NCBI GenBank assembly: GCA_951406725.2
Contig: OX597816.1
Coordinates: 35,278,001 to 35,342,000 of the forward strand
Direction of reading: 5' to 3'
Source of the DNA: Octopus vulgaris
Lineage: Eukaryota
Length of the DNA stretch: 64,000 nucleotides
Shown: one piece after another, positions 26,581-39,050 of the stretch
Layout: each line of letters opens with the position of its first letter
Position numbering within the stretch: position 1 is the stretch's first letter
The notes under the pieces: generated by a model
Told to the model about the DNA's origin: nothing
Databases searched by the model: none
The model's input: only the letters and a program-made list of their open reading frames with translations
Position numbers and translations under genes: made by a program

Positions 26581-27891
26581 AATTTGTTGTGCATAAGGCA
26601 GTTTATATACAGATCGTTATAGCTACCGAATTACTTATAATGCTTAGATAAAAATTACATTTCGCTTTCATTTGCATAGATTTGGAGATAGTGTATCCTT
26701 ATTAATGTGAATAACCTCAGGTGAAAGATATCTCAATACATATGTATCCTATTCGTAAACCTATTCATAATTTACTAAATATCAAAATACTCTGGTGGCA
26801 TGCATTAGTTTTGCTAATACTTTATTATGGTTAGTTTATTATGGTTCATAATGGTACCCTTACTGGCACGGTGCAGTAACTTCGTAGTGCGTAGCGTATT
26901 CGAAGAAACCGCTGGTATACATTTTTATAGATGTATATTATCTCATATACATAATTGCTTTTTACAATACAAACCTTATTTTGTTTCCTTTTCTGGCACA
27001 TTACTGCAACATCTGAATATTACGTTGCATTTTGTTTCTGTTTTATTTTTTGTTGAACAAGGAAATTAAATACATATATTTTGCAATTACTAGAGGAAAC
27101 ACGTAATTCGTGTTATCTTCCAGAAAATTTCCAAGCTTTTGAACACTGAATGTTAGGGAGCCAAATTATGATTTACAGTAACCTGACTGTGAGATAATAA
27201 GGGAAAATAGTCCCATTTGTATAATCCCAATTGTTGCATACCTATTCCTAACATATGCAGAAAATAAGGCTTTTCATTGTTGTTTTATATTTTGTATTTA
27301 AATTCAGTATACTTTCGCCTGTTTCACTTGAAATATATAAGAACAAATATATTCACTGTATTTAAAAAAGCACGGGGAAAAGAACTGCTTTATAAATATA
27401 TTTTATGTAGAATTCCATTAAAATACGGGTTTCATTTGCAAGTAAAAATGTATTACTTCGTTAATCGAAACGTGATTTGAATTAATGATTGTATGCAACA
27501 GTAATGAAAATCACGAGCATACACTTAGTTTAAAAGTCTAGTTGTGGATTTTGTTAGACAACCTACACATATAATCATGTAGATAATACCAACATCGATA
27601 TTCAATTTCAGGTTACAGAAAACAAATAACTAGTCGCATTTATTCTTCATAAAATGTAGTCCAAAATCAAGGAGTAGATTATTAAAGGGCGGTTACCATT
27701 ACTGTAAGTTTCAATTTTTCTGATATATATATATATATATATATATATTAAATTAATCAACCTATCCAATTTGTAAAGAGCGTACATAATATCAGACAAT
27801 TTGATGCAAAATACGAAGAACGTGATGTTGATAATCCAAAAAATGGCGAAATATCGATGTCGATCACTCCTGAATGGGAGTTAGGGTGAGT

Positions 27892-28790
27892 TGTCGCACG
27901 TGTTTATGTCTATGGCTCTCACGTTTTTTAACAACCGGTGACTAGAGAAGGTCGACTCCACCGAGTCCATTCACAACCCACCGTCGAAATAGCTGTGCAT
28001 ATTCGTTGTATATGTGTGTTGGATATGGTATGCAACAATCACGCTGCTTCTAATTCGTATTTGAATTTATTCCTACGTATTCATCGTTCGGGTATCCCAG
28101 CAGCAGGTCCTTATGCCAGTTTAAACGTAACAACGTAGAAGCTATTCAGTTTGCCCCTGGTTCGGTTCTTGTACGTGAGGTTGATAAGGTAAAACACATA
28201 CATTGATTGTGTCTGTGTATATATATATATATTGGTGGCGAACAATACAGAGGAGGAGATAAGTGAGGCAGGCAGTAAAAGTGACGTTGTTCTCAAGCTT
28301 GAAAGTAAGGCATTGATAGAAACAAACACTCGAAATACAAGGAAGTCAAACTAACAAACACAAAGAGAGCTTACAGAGTTCAGATCGTCTGTAAAATAAA
28401 CATAAATGGCGCGAGAGCACTTGGATAACGGGGAACGGATTCCGGCCTTTTCTGAATAACAAGACAGAAGCATGAAATCATCAGGCACGGACGTGCAGGC
28501 TAATAGAGCGCCAACATGGAAAACAGGTCATATAAGAAAAAGGAAATTTAACACCCCATACTATTTTCACCACTCAAAAAGCAATATGTAGAGGCGTGTG
28601 AATGCTAGCTACCAGACAGCATGACCACAGCTTTGTTGTTTGAGCCTGGCCCAGAATATCGTGCAGCAACTGACATCGGTGCAAAATATGCAAAAGCCAA
28701 GCCAGGCATTTCAATACACAAGACCGCAAAAAGTGATTGACCCAGGTGGTCACTACTAACACCAGTAACACCAGAACTACCTACCTAAAT
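27892..28790 (+). mobile_element. Possible decayed Gypsy LTR, PBS and gag remnant
   Basis: TGTCGCACG start, TGGTGGCGA at 28234, HRCKICKSQARHF zinc-knuckle-like stretch near 28675-28712. Confidence 0.3.
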
Positions 28791-29449
28791 ATTGCTTTCA
28801 TATATCAACATCAGATGTCTACTTAGACCTCAGTAACACAGTTTAATTTCTCTGTCTGAACGAGCTTGCTGCCTGCAATCAAGCAACATGCATGGCGCTT
28901 ATAGAAACACACGTAACCTCTAATATAACAGCTGCGGAAATATATATATATACCAAGGCATACTGTATTTCGTACATACATATACATCCGCAAAGATGGC
29001 ATACTCAAACTCTGTTTACGACAACTTATTAATATGTCTAAAGCAAATTGATATAGTTGTATGTACAATATATGATCCACCAAATACCTCGTAACTTGGT
29101 AGTAAATTTGATGTTAGCTTCTGAAACGGAGAAGAGGTATTGACAAGGCTGAACCAACACATCAATACACTCCTTCTGCCGGAATTAAACTCCAAATGTT
29201 AAATTTTCCTCAAACCATATCAAATTTGAGATGTTACTGTATGTAATTAAAAAAAACATGTAGAAACATTACTTCAATTCCTCATATGCGGCTCATGGAA
29301 CACGTGATAGGCCAGGAAAGCAGGGGTAAGAACATCCTGGATCCCTGCTTCACAAATAATGTGAATATTATTCATCATACAAAGATGAAACCAACAACAT
29401 TTTCAGGCCATAGCATTGTTGAACTAACGATATAATTTCTAGCAAACTT

Positions 29450-29641
29450 CTAACTATCAACTGAGCAAGTTATATGCAGTAAACGTGCTCTGAAAGTACG
29501 TATTCGAATTATCGAACAACTAAATTTCGGGGACGTAAGCACATTAACATCGGTTGTCAAGTGATGGTGGAGGAAAAACACAGACAAACAAATACACACA
29601 CAAATACACACACACACACACACACATACAGACACACAGAC

Positions 29642-29682
<41 letters not shown>

Positions 29683-29805
29683 GGACAGTCTTCTTTCAGT
29701 TTCCATCTAACAAATCCACTAACAGGACTCTGGTCGCCAGAGGTACCAGGCAGTGCGACTGAACCCGGAACCATGCGGTTGGGAAGCAAGCTTTTTACAT
29801 CAAAC
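29450..29805 (-). mobile_element. SINE family 1, decayed
   Basis: GACTGAACCCGGAACCATG and TTCTTTCAGTTTCCATCT segments. Confidence 0.8.
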
Positions 29806-29913
29806 AAACTGCAGAGACAGAGAGAGAGAGACAGAGTGAGAGAGAGGGAAATACAAACTTGCATCTCGTTATCATGTATCTAACTCCCACTTTCTCAGAC
29901 TATATACATATAC

Positions 29914-29964
<51 letters not shown>

Positions 29965-30101
29965 TATGTATATACTTATATATATATATGTGTGTGTGAG
30001 TTTGTGTGTATGTATGCATATGGCATGTGATGAGAATTTATGGAAAGGTATCCCATAGAAACTCAGGAAACTGTTAAATATGGTGATGAGATTTAAATAT
30101 A

Positions 30102-30206
30102 TGCATACGATCGTTTCCAACAGCAATATAAGCATGTAAATAACATGGTGGAATATTTAGAAATTAATTAAATTAAATTGAATTAATTACTGTTCTCCTC
30201 AGTGAA
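30102..30206 (-). ncRNA. Type I hammerhead ribozyme with long stem II
   Basis: ttca-CTGAGGA(30202-30196)-g-AACAGTAAT...ATTGCTGTT-g-GAAA-CGATCG-TA-tgca; palindromic ACGATCGT. Confidence 0.65.
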
Positions 30207-30308
30207 AAAAGAATGCATCAAATTGAATTCAATCTTTTCACACACAAACACAGAAACATACATATATATAGGTATGTATGTATGTATGTATATATAAATA
30301 AATACAAT

Positions 30309-30354
<46 letters not shown>

Positions 30355-30372
30355 GTATGTATATATATTAAT

Positions 30373-30427
<55 letters not shown>

Positions 30428-30665
30428 ATGTGTGTATGCATGTATATATATATATATATATGTGAGATAATGTTGTCATGGGACCCAAAGGTGTCAGGTG
30501 TGCTGCTGAATAAGCGCTATAGACATACCATAGTTAAGTTCCAGATTCGATAATATTGCGAATAAAGGGTTCAACGTTGGTTCTATGTCAGCGTGAGCAT
30601 ATAAGATTTATTTGCGTAATAAGGTAACAAAAAAAAAAGCTATGACTTAACGTTCCTCTAACACC

Positions 30666-30717
30666 GTCTCCGATGAATGGATATCATTAATAAGTATCCT
30701 AAAAACAGCTGTAAGAT
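30666..30717 (+). ncRNA. Decayed hammerhead (U4C, G12A) in PLE pLTR fragment ~30465-30786
   Basis: gtct-CCGATGA-..GGATA..TATCC..-AAAA-CAGCTG-TA-agat; palindromic ACAGCTGT; fragment flanked by (TA)n. Confidence 0.55.
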
Positions 30718-30796
30718 CTTCTATCTACAAATGCTCTAATTTCTATACGACCTTGATATTTTATATTATTACGCAAAAAATTCTTATATATATATG

Positions 30797-31680
30797 TCAG
30801 GTTATCCCATAAGTTCAGTCCGATTTACCTTTTTTAAAATTGATTGAAATTTAATATTATTTTAGAATGTCTAATGGAATTAAAAATTATTTTTATGCAT
30901 TTGCGTACATTTAAACTTATTAAAAATTATTTTACAGAATAATATATTTACAATTTCTTTGATAAAAACCCTTCCTAACATGGAAGTACCCAAAGAGCAT
31001 TTGAAACACAATGTTTTATGAGTACAAAAAAGGAAACTCTGCAGCCGAAGCTACTCGAAACATACACCCATTTTATGAGAAACAATACTTGAATGAAATA
31101 ACTTGTAGATGGTTTGCAAAATTCTTAGCCTTGAAGATGAAGATCGAACAGGATGTCCAGTTGAGTTTGATGATAAGCTCTTTGAGGCACTACTTGAAAA
31201 TAATCGTACATCATCAGTTGAAGAATTGGCAATAAAACTTAGTTCAAAACATACAACTGTTCATCGTCATCTTCAACAATTAGGAAAGGTTCCTAACCTT
31301 GGAAAATAGGTGCCTCGTGATTTGTGCGAAAGCAACCGCTAATCCCGAGTTGACATCTGCTATTTTCTCCATTCTCGCGTACTCATTTCACCCTTTTTGG
31401 ATAGACTTATGACTGGTGACGAAAAATGGATCTTCTATCGAAATGTTAAACGTCGTAAAAAGTGGCTTGGTAAAAGGGGAAAAGCCCCACACTTCAAAGA
31501 TAACATCATAGGAGATCAGAGAGCTTGGCTGGGAAGCGAATTCCTCATCTACCTTATTCCCCCGATCTTGCGACTTCAGACTGCCATTTGTTTCGTAGTT
31601 TACAGAATCATTTGGGAGACATAACTTTCGCAAGCTAGGAGGAGGTCGAAACTGACAATTCAGAGTTCTTCACTTCTAAA
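30797..31680 (+). mobile_element. Decayed mariner with internal deletion and no right TIR
   Basis: Left TIR TCAGGTTATCCCATAAG; MEVPKEHL..FYEYKKGNSAAEATRNI, TGDEKWIFY, PYSPDLATSD. Confidence 0.88.
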
Positions 31681-32699
31681 CCCGAAATTAAACCAGAATT
31701 AATCAGCATCTAAATTTATCAAAATAATAAAGTCAATAAATTAAAATATGCTCTTTTTACAAAGTATGGCTATGCTCGAATTCGAAAGACAAAAGAAGGA
31801 TACATTTTGAAACTTATAAATTATGAAATTCTTTATCCTAAACTGAACCGGATATAGTTGGTAGTAACGGAAAAAAAAACAACTTCAACGCGTGTTTCAA
31901 ATATTGGAAAACCAAAGTGCTAGCACACGAAATGCACATTAGACAAAAAATACCATATACAAACTTCCATAAAGCTTAGTTACATTCTGATAAATAAAAC
32001 ACCTTTTTTTTATAAATAGCTAGTAACTTTTCAAAATATGTCCTTTTTTTGTCACGTGTGTGTATGTGTGTGCGTGCGCATGTGTTTATCTGTTTGTGCC
32101 TCAGTGTCCGTGTCTGTGTGCGTGTGTATGTTCGAGTATATATTTACCTCGTTTTCAACGTTCACGTGCATTTTATCTTATATCTCACAGAACCTCTCCA
32201 GCATGATTGTAAATCTTCACAATCACCATTTCTCTGGAGTTTTGTTTGATTTTCAGATGCTTATTAGTTTTCTTTTCTCCTTCTTTTTCATTTTCTTTTT
32301 CCTACTTATTTTCTTCTTTCTCCCCTTCTTTTCACCCTTTCTCCATTCTCTACTGCACTCTATGTGTTCTTCCTTCCTGTCTACAATATATCATTACCTG
32401 CAGCTTTTATGGTCACTGATATTTTATTTATCATTCAGCGTCTTTTCGTGCTCATGAATCATTCTCTTCTCCCTTCAATCTACCATACAAAAAACCTTTT
32501 GTGTATGTTGTACCTGTCAGGCGTCATGTGAGGCACAAGAGAGTTGTACTGGTTTGTTATGCATATCGTAAAATAAAAGTTATATTATTTTACCATACAT
32601 AAATATATGGTTTCTGTTTCTTCCTGTCATTTAGTTATCTCTCTCCCAGCAGTTCCTACTCGGCACGGGAGAGAAGGCATGTCGAAAAAACGTGACTGT

Positions 32700-32976
32700 C
32701 AGGTAAGATGTTTGCTTCCCAACCACATGGTTTCAGGATCAATGCCACAGCGTGGCATCTTGAGTAAGTGTCTGCTATTACGTCCTCGGGTTTATTAAAG
32801 ACTTTTGAGTGAATTTGGTAGAGATAAAAGAAAATATTGCGTAATCTATTTATGAGTGTTTGAGTGTGTTTGTGTGTGTTTCCCCGATCCTACCACTTGA
32901 TGACTGGTGTAGCTGTTTGTATGTTCTCGTACCTTAAATATTCAGCGATCGATAGTATCAGTACCAGGATTATATA

Positions 32977-33008
<32 letters not shown>

Positions 33009-33070
33009 CGATTAAAAGAAATTCTTCACCTCTTCAAGAGTGAAGCAAGAAAAAGATGAATGATAAAAGA
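32700..33070 (+). mobile_element. SINE family 1, decayed
   Basis: CCAACCACATGGTTTCAGG...GCGTGGCATCTTGAGTAAGTGTC. Confidence 0.75.
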
Positions 33071-33074
33071 TTAA

Positions 33075-33195
<121 letters not shown>

Positions 33196-33267
33196 CTACA
33201 TACACACACACATATATATATATACATACCTACATACCTACATATATATATAGTTACTTAATTCACA

Positions 33268-33578
33268 ATTTTACAACCTAAAGGGATAACTATATACGTC
33301 ACTAAAGTGACAAAGGGTGCGAGTCGACACCAGTATGCTAGAAATAGCCATAGAAAGCACTGATGAGCATTAGGTGGCGTAAGCAATAAAGTGCGAAATC
33401 GTCGATGATCTGGCTGTATCTACTACTGTAGGGAGCTTGCCTCTCTTTTCAATCATTAACATAGTGCTTTCTGTGGCCATTGAGTAGTTTTGCCTCTTAT
33501 TTCTAGCAATACTGATGCGGATTAGTGACTTTTGTCACTTTAGTGATGTATATATATCCACCTTTAAGTCGTAAAATT
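33268..33578 (+). mobile_element. Fold-back PLE pLTR (inverted arms) inside (TA)n
   Basis: 33268-33361 is a gapped reverse complement of about 33464-33578. Confidence 0.75.
33356..33415 (+). ncRNA. Type I hammerhead with complete canonical core
   Basis: CTGATGA 33360-33366, stem II GCATT/AGTGC, GAAA 33395, stem III ATCG-TCGA-TGAT, C17 = 33410, weak stem I AGCA/TGGCT. Confidence 0.75.
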
Positions 33579-33594
33579 TCAAATATATATATAT

Positions 33595-33627
<33 letters not shown>

Positions 33628-33649
33628 GGTTTGTGTGTGTGTAAATAAT

Positions 33650-33963
<314 letters not shown>

Positions 33964-34770
33964 TTGCTGTTCAGATAATGTAGGATCAATGAAGAAATTA
34001 CTTCATCAGGTGAGAGACATGTATCATTTAATGTACACTGTGTTAACATAAGTTTCGTTTGGAAGATATTTTTTGCTATTAAGACACGTGGATATGCAGG
34101 TTTTACGACGTGCATTGTGTCTCTAAGTAATTTCAGGATGTGAACGCATGTTTTGTTGTGTTTGAAAATCAAGACGCTGGTACAATACTAATTGCGAGAA
34201 AGACTAAAATGAGAAATCAGAGGTTGAATAAGAACGAAAAAAGAAGGGGAAAAAAGATAGGAAATTAGAATTACTATCACTTTCACTGCAGAATATACAA
34301 TCAAAATAGTTGTTGTAGAATAGTTCAAATGACAGCTGCTCGATTCGGCGAACTCTACGCGTTGAGTAACTGTCTCAAAGACAGAATTTGGACTTTTCTC
34401 CGTTCAAGTATTCTACAAAAACTATGTTAACTGTGTTACTTGTGAATTCCACGCTAAAAGATAACGTGTCTCTAAATATTTTCCTGTGTCTTTCTTTTTT
34501 TTATATAAATACATCCCCTGTCTTCTCATCCTACTATATGTAACAACCTCCGTCACGTTTTGTTCCCACGGTTTCTCATTTTCCACAGTCCATATCTTCA
34601 GTTACAGACCATGTTCTCGGAGCCTGATAAGTTATAGATACCTGTTTGACCATGTATCTGAATAGCAAGAATTACTAGGTCGCATTTTAATACATAGTAT
34701 ATTAATAAGATATGTATATATATGCATATATGTATGTGTGTATTTATGTATATGTATACACACACACACG

Positions 34771-34826
<56 letters not shown>

Positions 34827-35249
34827 ATGTATACACATGCATATATGAAACACGTATATAGATATTTACACACATCAATACATACATACGTATACAAAAC
34901 TCATGAAAATTCTTCCCGTATATACACACTCATTTGTATATAATTTTTACATATATAAAAATTCTACCATACATAGAGGCATGCATATATACACATCAAC
35001 ATCTACACATACAACACATACTCATATGTATATTATATCCGCACACACATATATACGTGTGTCTGTAACTATTATCGCCCATGCAAGCGCAGGTATATAT
35101 AAACTGCACATATACATACACACATACACAAACACATACACACGCACGCACATAATACACACATACACGTACATACGCACGTACGCACACACATACAAAT
35201 ATAATTAAATGATTGTGATATTCAAGTATGAAAGAGGAATTAGGTAGGG

Positions 35250-35650
35250 ATTAGGAGTTAAAATGTAAATTTATAAGATTATTGGGATTACCTAAGTGGT
35301 GTTGTGTAAATTTCTGGTCATTTAGGCATTTGCATTTGAGGTAGAAACTGAATGTGTGAAACAAGCGGTGGTTGCATGTGCTTAGTGCCTCATTATGTTT
35401 ATTTAGCAGAGTTGGAGAGTTGTGCTTTAATATCTGATGTATGTTGGTTGGCGAGTGTTTTAGATTTACTATGTTAATCGTATCTAAAAGAATGGAGGTG
35501 AGCGGCATATCGTTGCTTCACATTTTTGGCTGAACCTATGCATATGGATGTAGAGTTGTGTAATAGATTAAGGGCAGTGCATTTATAAATTACATTATAG
35601 CTTTTTCAATGGGTTTGTAACGGGCAGATGGTTCCAAGACGGCAGTTAAA
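35250..35650 (-). pseudogene. PLE GIY-YIG endonuclease remnant
   Basis: FNCRLGTICPLQTH*KSYNVIYKC...CIGSAKNVKQRYAAHLHSFR...KCKCLNDQK..NLIN; Cys linker plus VIY/YIG pattern typical of PLEs. Confidence 0.8.
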
Positions 35651-35930
35651 ATTGGGTGAATTTTGGGGATTGTTTTCAGGGATGGAGGAGGTAATATTAT
35701 TAGAGGAGAGATTAGAGAAGAGGTAGAAAAGTCTAGATTAATAGTATTATTAACCTTATCAATAACATCATTGTTAGATTTATGAGGTTATTGGGATTGA
35801 GAGATTACCTCTCATAATTTTTTTCCAGTCAGCGTATGCGGTATAGCACTGTCAGCCATCGTACGGTGATTGGAAAAGCATAAGAGAACAAATCTCTTAA
35901 ATGAGCTCGCAGTGTCGCCTGCTTAGTGTC

Positions 35931-35974
35931 TGTGGCCGATGAGGAGACAACTACTCCGAAATGTTAACACCACA
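35931..35974 (+). ncRNA. Decayed hammerhead (U4C, UH missing)
   Basis: TGTGG-CCGATGA-GGAG-ACAACTA-CTCC-GAAA-TGTTAACA-CCACA. Confidence 0.5.
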
Positions 35975-36305
35975 CAGTCTAGTTAGGTGGCGCTGTGCTC
36001 TTATGTATACATGCAAACACCATTTGTCAACAAACGAGATATATTCTACGTCACAGAACGCTGTGAGTAGATTGTTCCCCAGTTTTAAAAAAATCAAGCA
36101 TATTCGGACTGTTAATAACATTGCAATTTTACTTGTTACTGCTTAGAGTAATAATAAATATAATATTCAAATGAGTAGTTTTATTCTGACTTAATTACCT
36201 AAATGCATTTTGACAGACTAAAAATCTATTATCTAGAATATTTTAATTGTTACATAGACAAAACTATGCGTATACACGCATTACATTCTACTAATATGTA
36301 TATAT

Positions 36306-36382
<77 letters not shown>

Positions 36383-36384
<2 letters not shown>

Positions 36385-36555
36385 CGGGAAGGTTTACGAA
36401 AATAAACAAAAGACGAAGGCAGGTGGAGTACAAACAAGCAAATGTATCAGTATGGCGCTCAGGAATAGAAATAGACCAAGTCTTTTACGTTTCGAGCCTA
36501 CGCTCTTCGACAGAAAGATACACAGAAAAGAAACAAGGAGAGAAAAACAATGCGT
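36383..36555 (-). mobile_element. PLE pLTR fragment, family A, inside (TA)n
   Basis: Close match to 11530-11715. Confidence 0.8.
36481..36518 (-). ncRNA. Minimal hammerhead-like motif, family A (A6U), best-preserved copy
   Basis: TCTTT-CTGTCGA-A-GAGC-GTAG-GCTC-GAAA-CG-TA-AAAGA; perfect stems I and II. Confidence 0.65.
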
Positions 36556-37639
36556 ATGTATATATATGTATATTAAACTTACAGTGTGCTTTCCAGCGCT
36601 TCTATCTGGTTATCGGCTACCAAATGATGTTATAGATTAGTGTTTCTCTTTTTATTGGACATACACGCGAAAATCTGCATGCATTCGTAGAATATATATA
36701 TAAAAGAAATTTAATACGAGGAGATGGAATGAATCTACTTTATTAGAAACCACTACAATACTTTCACCGTGATTTGGTAATATGATTTGGTAATTGTTGA
36801 ACGTTACTTTTTTTTATGCACATTATTGCAGTAATATATTTCTCCAATCACTGTCCACATGTGTGTCTTCAAGTGAGTAGATTCCAAATTCAACGCTAGA
36901 TCATCTTTAGTTGCTCTTTATTTTATACCTTATCGTGATGTTATTTTTAGCCTTCCATTGATAATATAAAACTCGAAAGTTAAAAGAAACAGAGTGTGAA
37001 AAATACGGAAAATAAATGAAAGGAAATAAACAGTCAAAACAAAGAAACTCTCAGTTCATTTTATCCTGAACCACTGATTTGTCTCGACTTTTAAGAAAAT
37101 AAACGAATATTCTAAGATAATAATCTCAGAAAAGTATGTTTAACAATTACTTGTGTCTTGTGTCTGATATTGTTCTATTTCAAAGTAAAACAGTCAATAA
37201 AAATCGAATCATTCGTATTCTGCATTAACCTGTATAATGATAATCGTGTCAAATAGAATATCCAGGCTTTCTGCAAGCAAAGCACAAGTTAATCCACATG
37301 CAGAATATTACAATGTAACATACGCCTGTGTGGGGTGCAACGAACAAATTAAATATACACCTAATAACAGATTGTATTTATTTGGTTTGCAAGAATTTTT
37401 TTTTTTATGTGATTTCGTGTGTTTAATCATATTTTTGTGTGTCTAGCAAGAGTCATTACACCAATATATAAGACACGCGCACGATCAGAGAAGTCACTGT
37501 CAAGATTAGAAATAGCAACGAAAGTACAAACGACTAACTGTTTAACCAACAAATTAAACAAACGCTCGGTTTTATTATATCATCATTAGTAGTATGATGA
37601 TAGCGTTGTCTACCTAAATTATGCAATTTCATGATAATC

Positions 37640-38093
37640 TGCGACTTCAGACTACCATTTGTTTCGTAGTTTACAGAATCATTTGGGGGACATAACTTTC
37701 GCAAGCCAGGAGGTGGTCGAAACTGACAATTCAGAGTTCTTCACTTCTAAACCTGAAATTAAACCAGAATTAATCAACATCTAAATTAATCTAAATTATA
37801 AAGTCAATAAATTAAAATATGCTCTTTTTACAAAGTATGGCTATGCTCAAATTCGAAAGACAAAAGAAGGATACATTTTGAAAATTATAAATTATGAAAT
37901 TCTTTATCCTAAACTGAACCGGATATAGTTGATAGTAATGGAGAAAAAAAAACAACTTCAACGCGTGTTTCAAATAATGGAAAACCAAAGTGCTAGCACA
38001 CGAAATGCACATTAGACAAAAAATACCATATACAAACTTCCATAAAACTTAGTTACATTCTGATAAATAAAACACCTTTTTTTATAAATAGCT
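37640..38093 (+). repeat. ~450-bp direct duplicate of 31569-32021
   Basis: Line-by-line match with scattered substitutions; includes the mariner breakpoint and its flank. Confidence 0.95.
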
Positions 38094-38231
38094 TATTTGG
38101 TTAAAAGAGAAAGAACTACAGGATAGGCGTGTTTACCATAACTTAAAAATGTATATATACTTACAAGACCTAGTTTAGAATGAATATTATATATAATTAT
38201 ATAGTAGCATTATAATGCATGAATGGTCATA

Positions 38232-38640
38232 TCAACTCTATATATAAAACCCAGGATATTTGTCTGTCAGTGTGTTTGTCATCTCGTTAAACCATGAGAT
38301 CCACTCAACCGGTATTAATGAAAAATTACCCATGCATTACATGTCATGGGGCATGTGAAATGTCATGGGGCAAAGTCATTTTCAACTTCTTGCCTAATAG
38401 GGCCGAGGGGCAGATAAACCGCATTTTTAAGCACTTTCGCAGCGTTAAGGCCCGTAAATTGAAGAGTATGAAGTCGCTTTCCTCCAAATTTGCAACAAAT
38501 ATTAATCAGGGTCCTCTAATTGCTGTTCACCTAAAACGAATTCTGATGCCGATTATGGCCTTCAAAATGTTGATTAATCAGATTTGAGTACACTGCACAG
38601 GGTTTTATCTTTGTTTTAGGCCATTTTCGGACGATAAAAT
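38232..38640 (+). mobile_element. Helitron-type non-autonomous element, 5' part
   Basis: TC..CTATATATAAAA start and internal similarity to 20047-20290. Confidence 0.55.
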
Positions 38641-38644
38641 ATAT

Positions 38645-39050
38645 ATTTCATTACTACTCACAGTCGGCTAAACATAGAGAGGACAATCAAATGGATTAAG
38701 TCGTTTAGATCGACCCCAGTGCGTAGCTGATACTTATTTAATCGCCCCTGAAGGGATGAAACGCAAATTTGACCTTAGTGGAATTTGAACTCAGAACGTA
38801 GCGGCAAGCGAAATGCCTATTTCTTTACTACCCACAGGGGGCTAAACACAGAGAGGACAAACAAAGACATACAACCGGATTAAGTCGATTATATCGACTC
38901 CAATGCGTAACTGCTACATATTTAATCGACCCCGAAAGGATGAAAGGCAAAGTCGACCTCGGCGGAATTTGAACTCAGAACGTAACGGCAGAGGAAATAA
39001 GGGTACGCATTTCGCCCGGCGTGCTAACTATTCTTCCAATTCGCTGCCCT
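38645..39050 (-). mobile_element. SINE family 2: full copy (38819-39050) joined to a 5'-truncated copy (38645-38818)
   Basis: Repeated GGAATTTGAACTCAGAACGTA (B box GAGTTCAAATTCC) and GGCTAAACAyAGAGAGGACAA. Confidence 0.88.
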
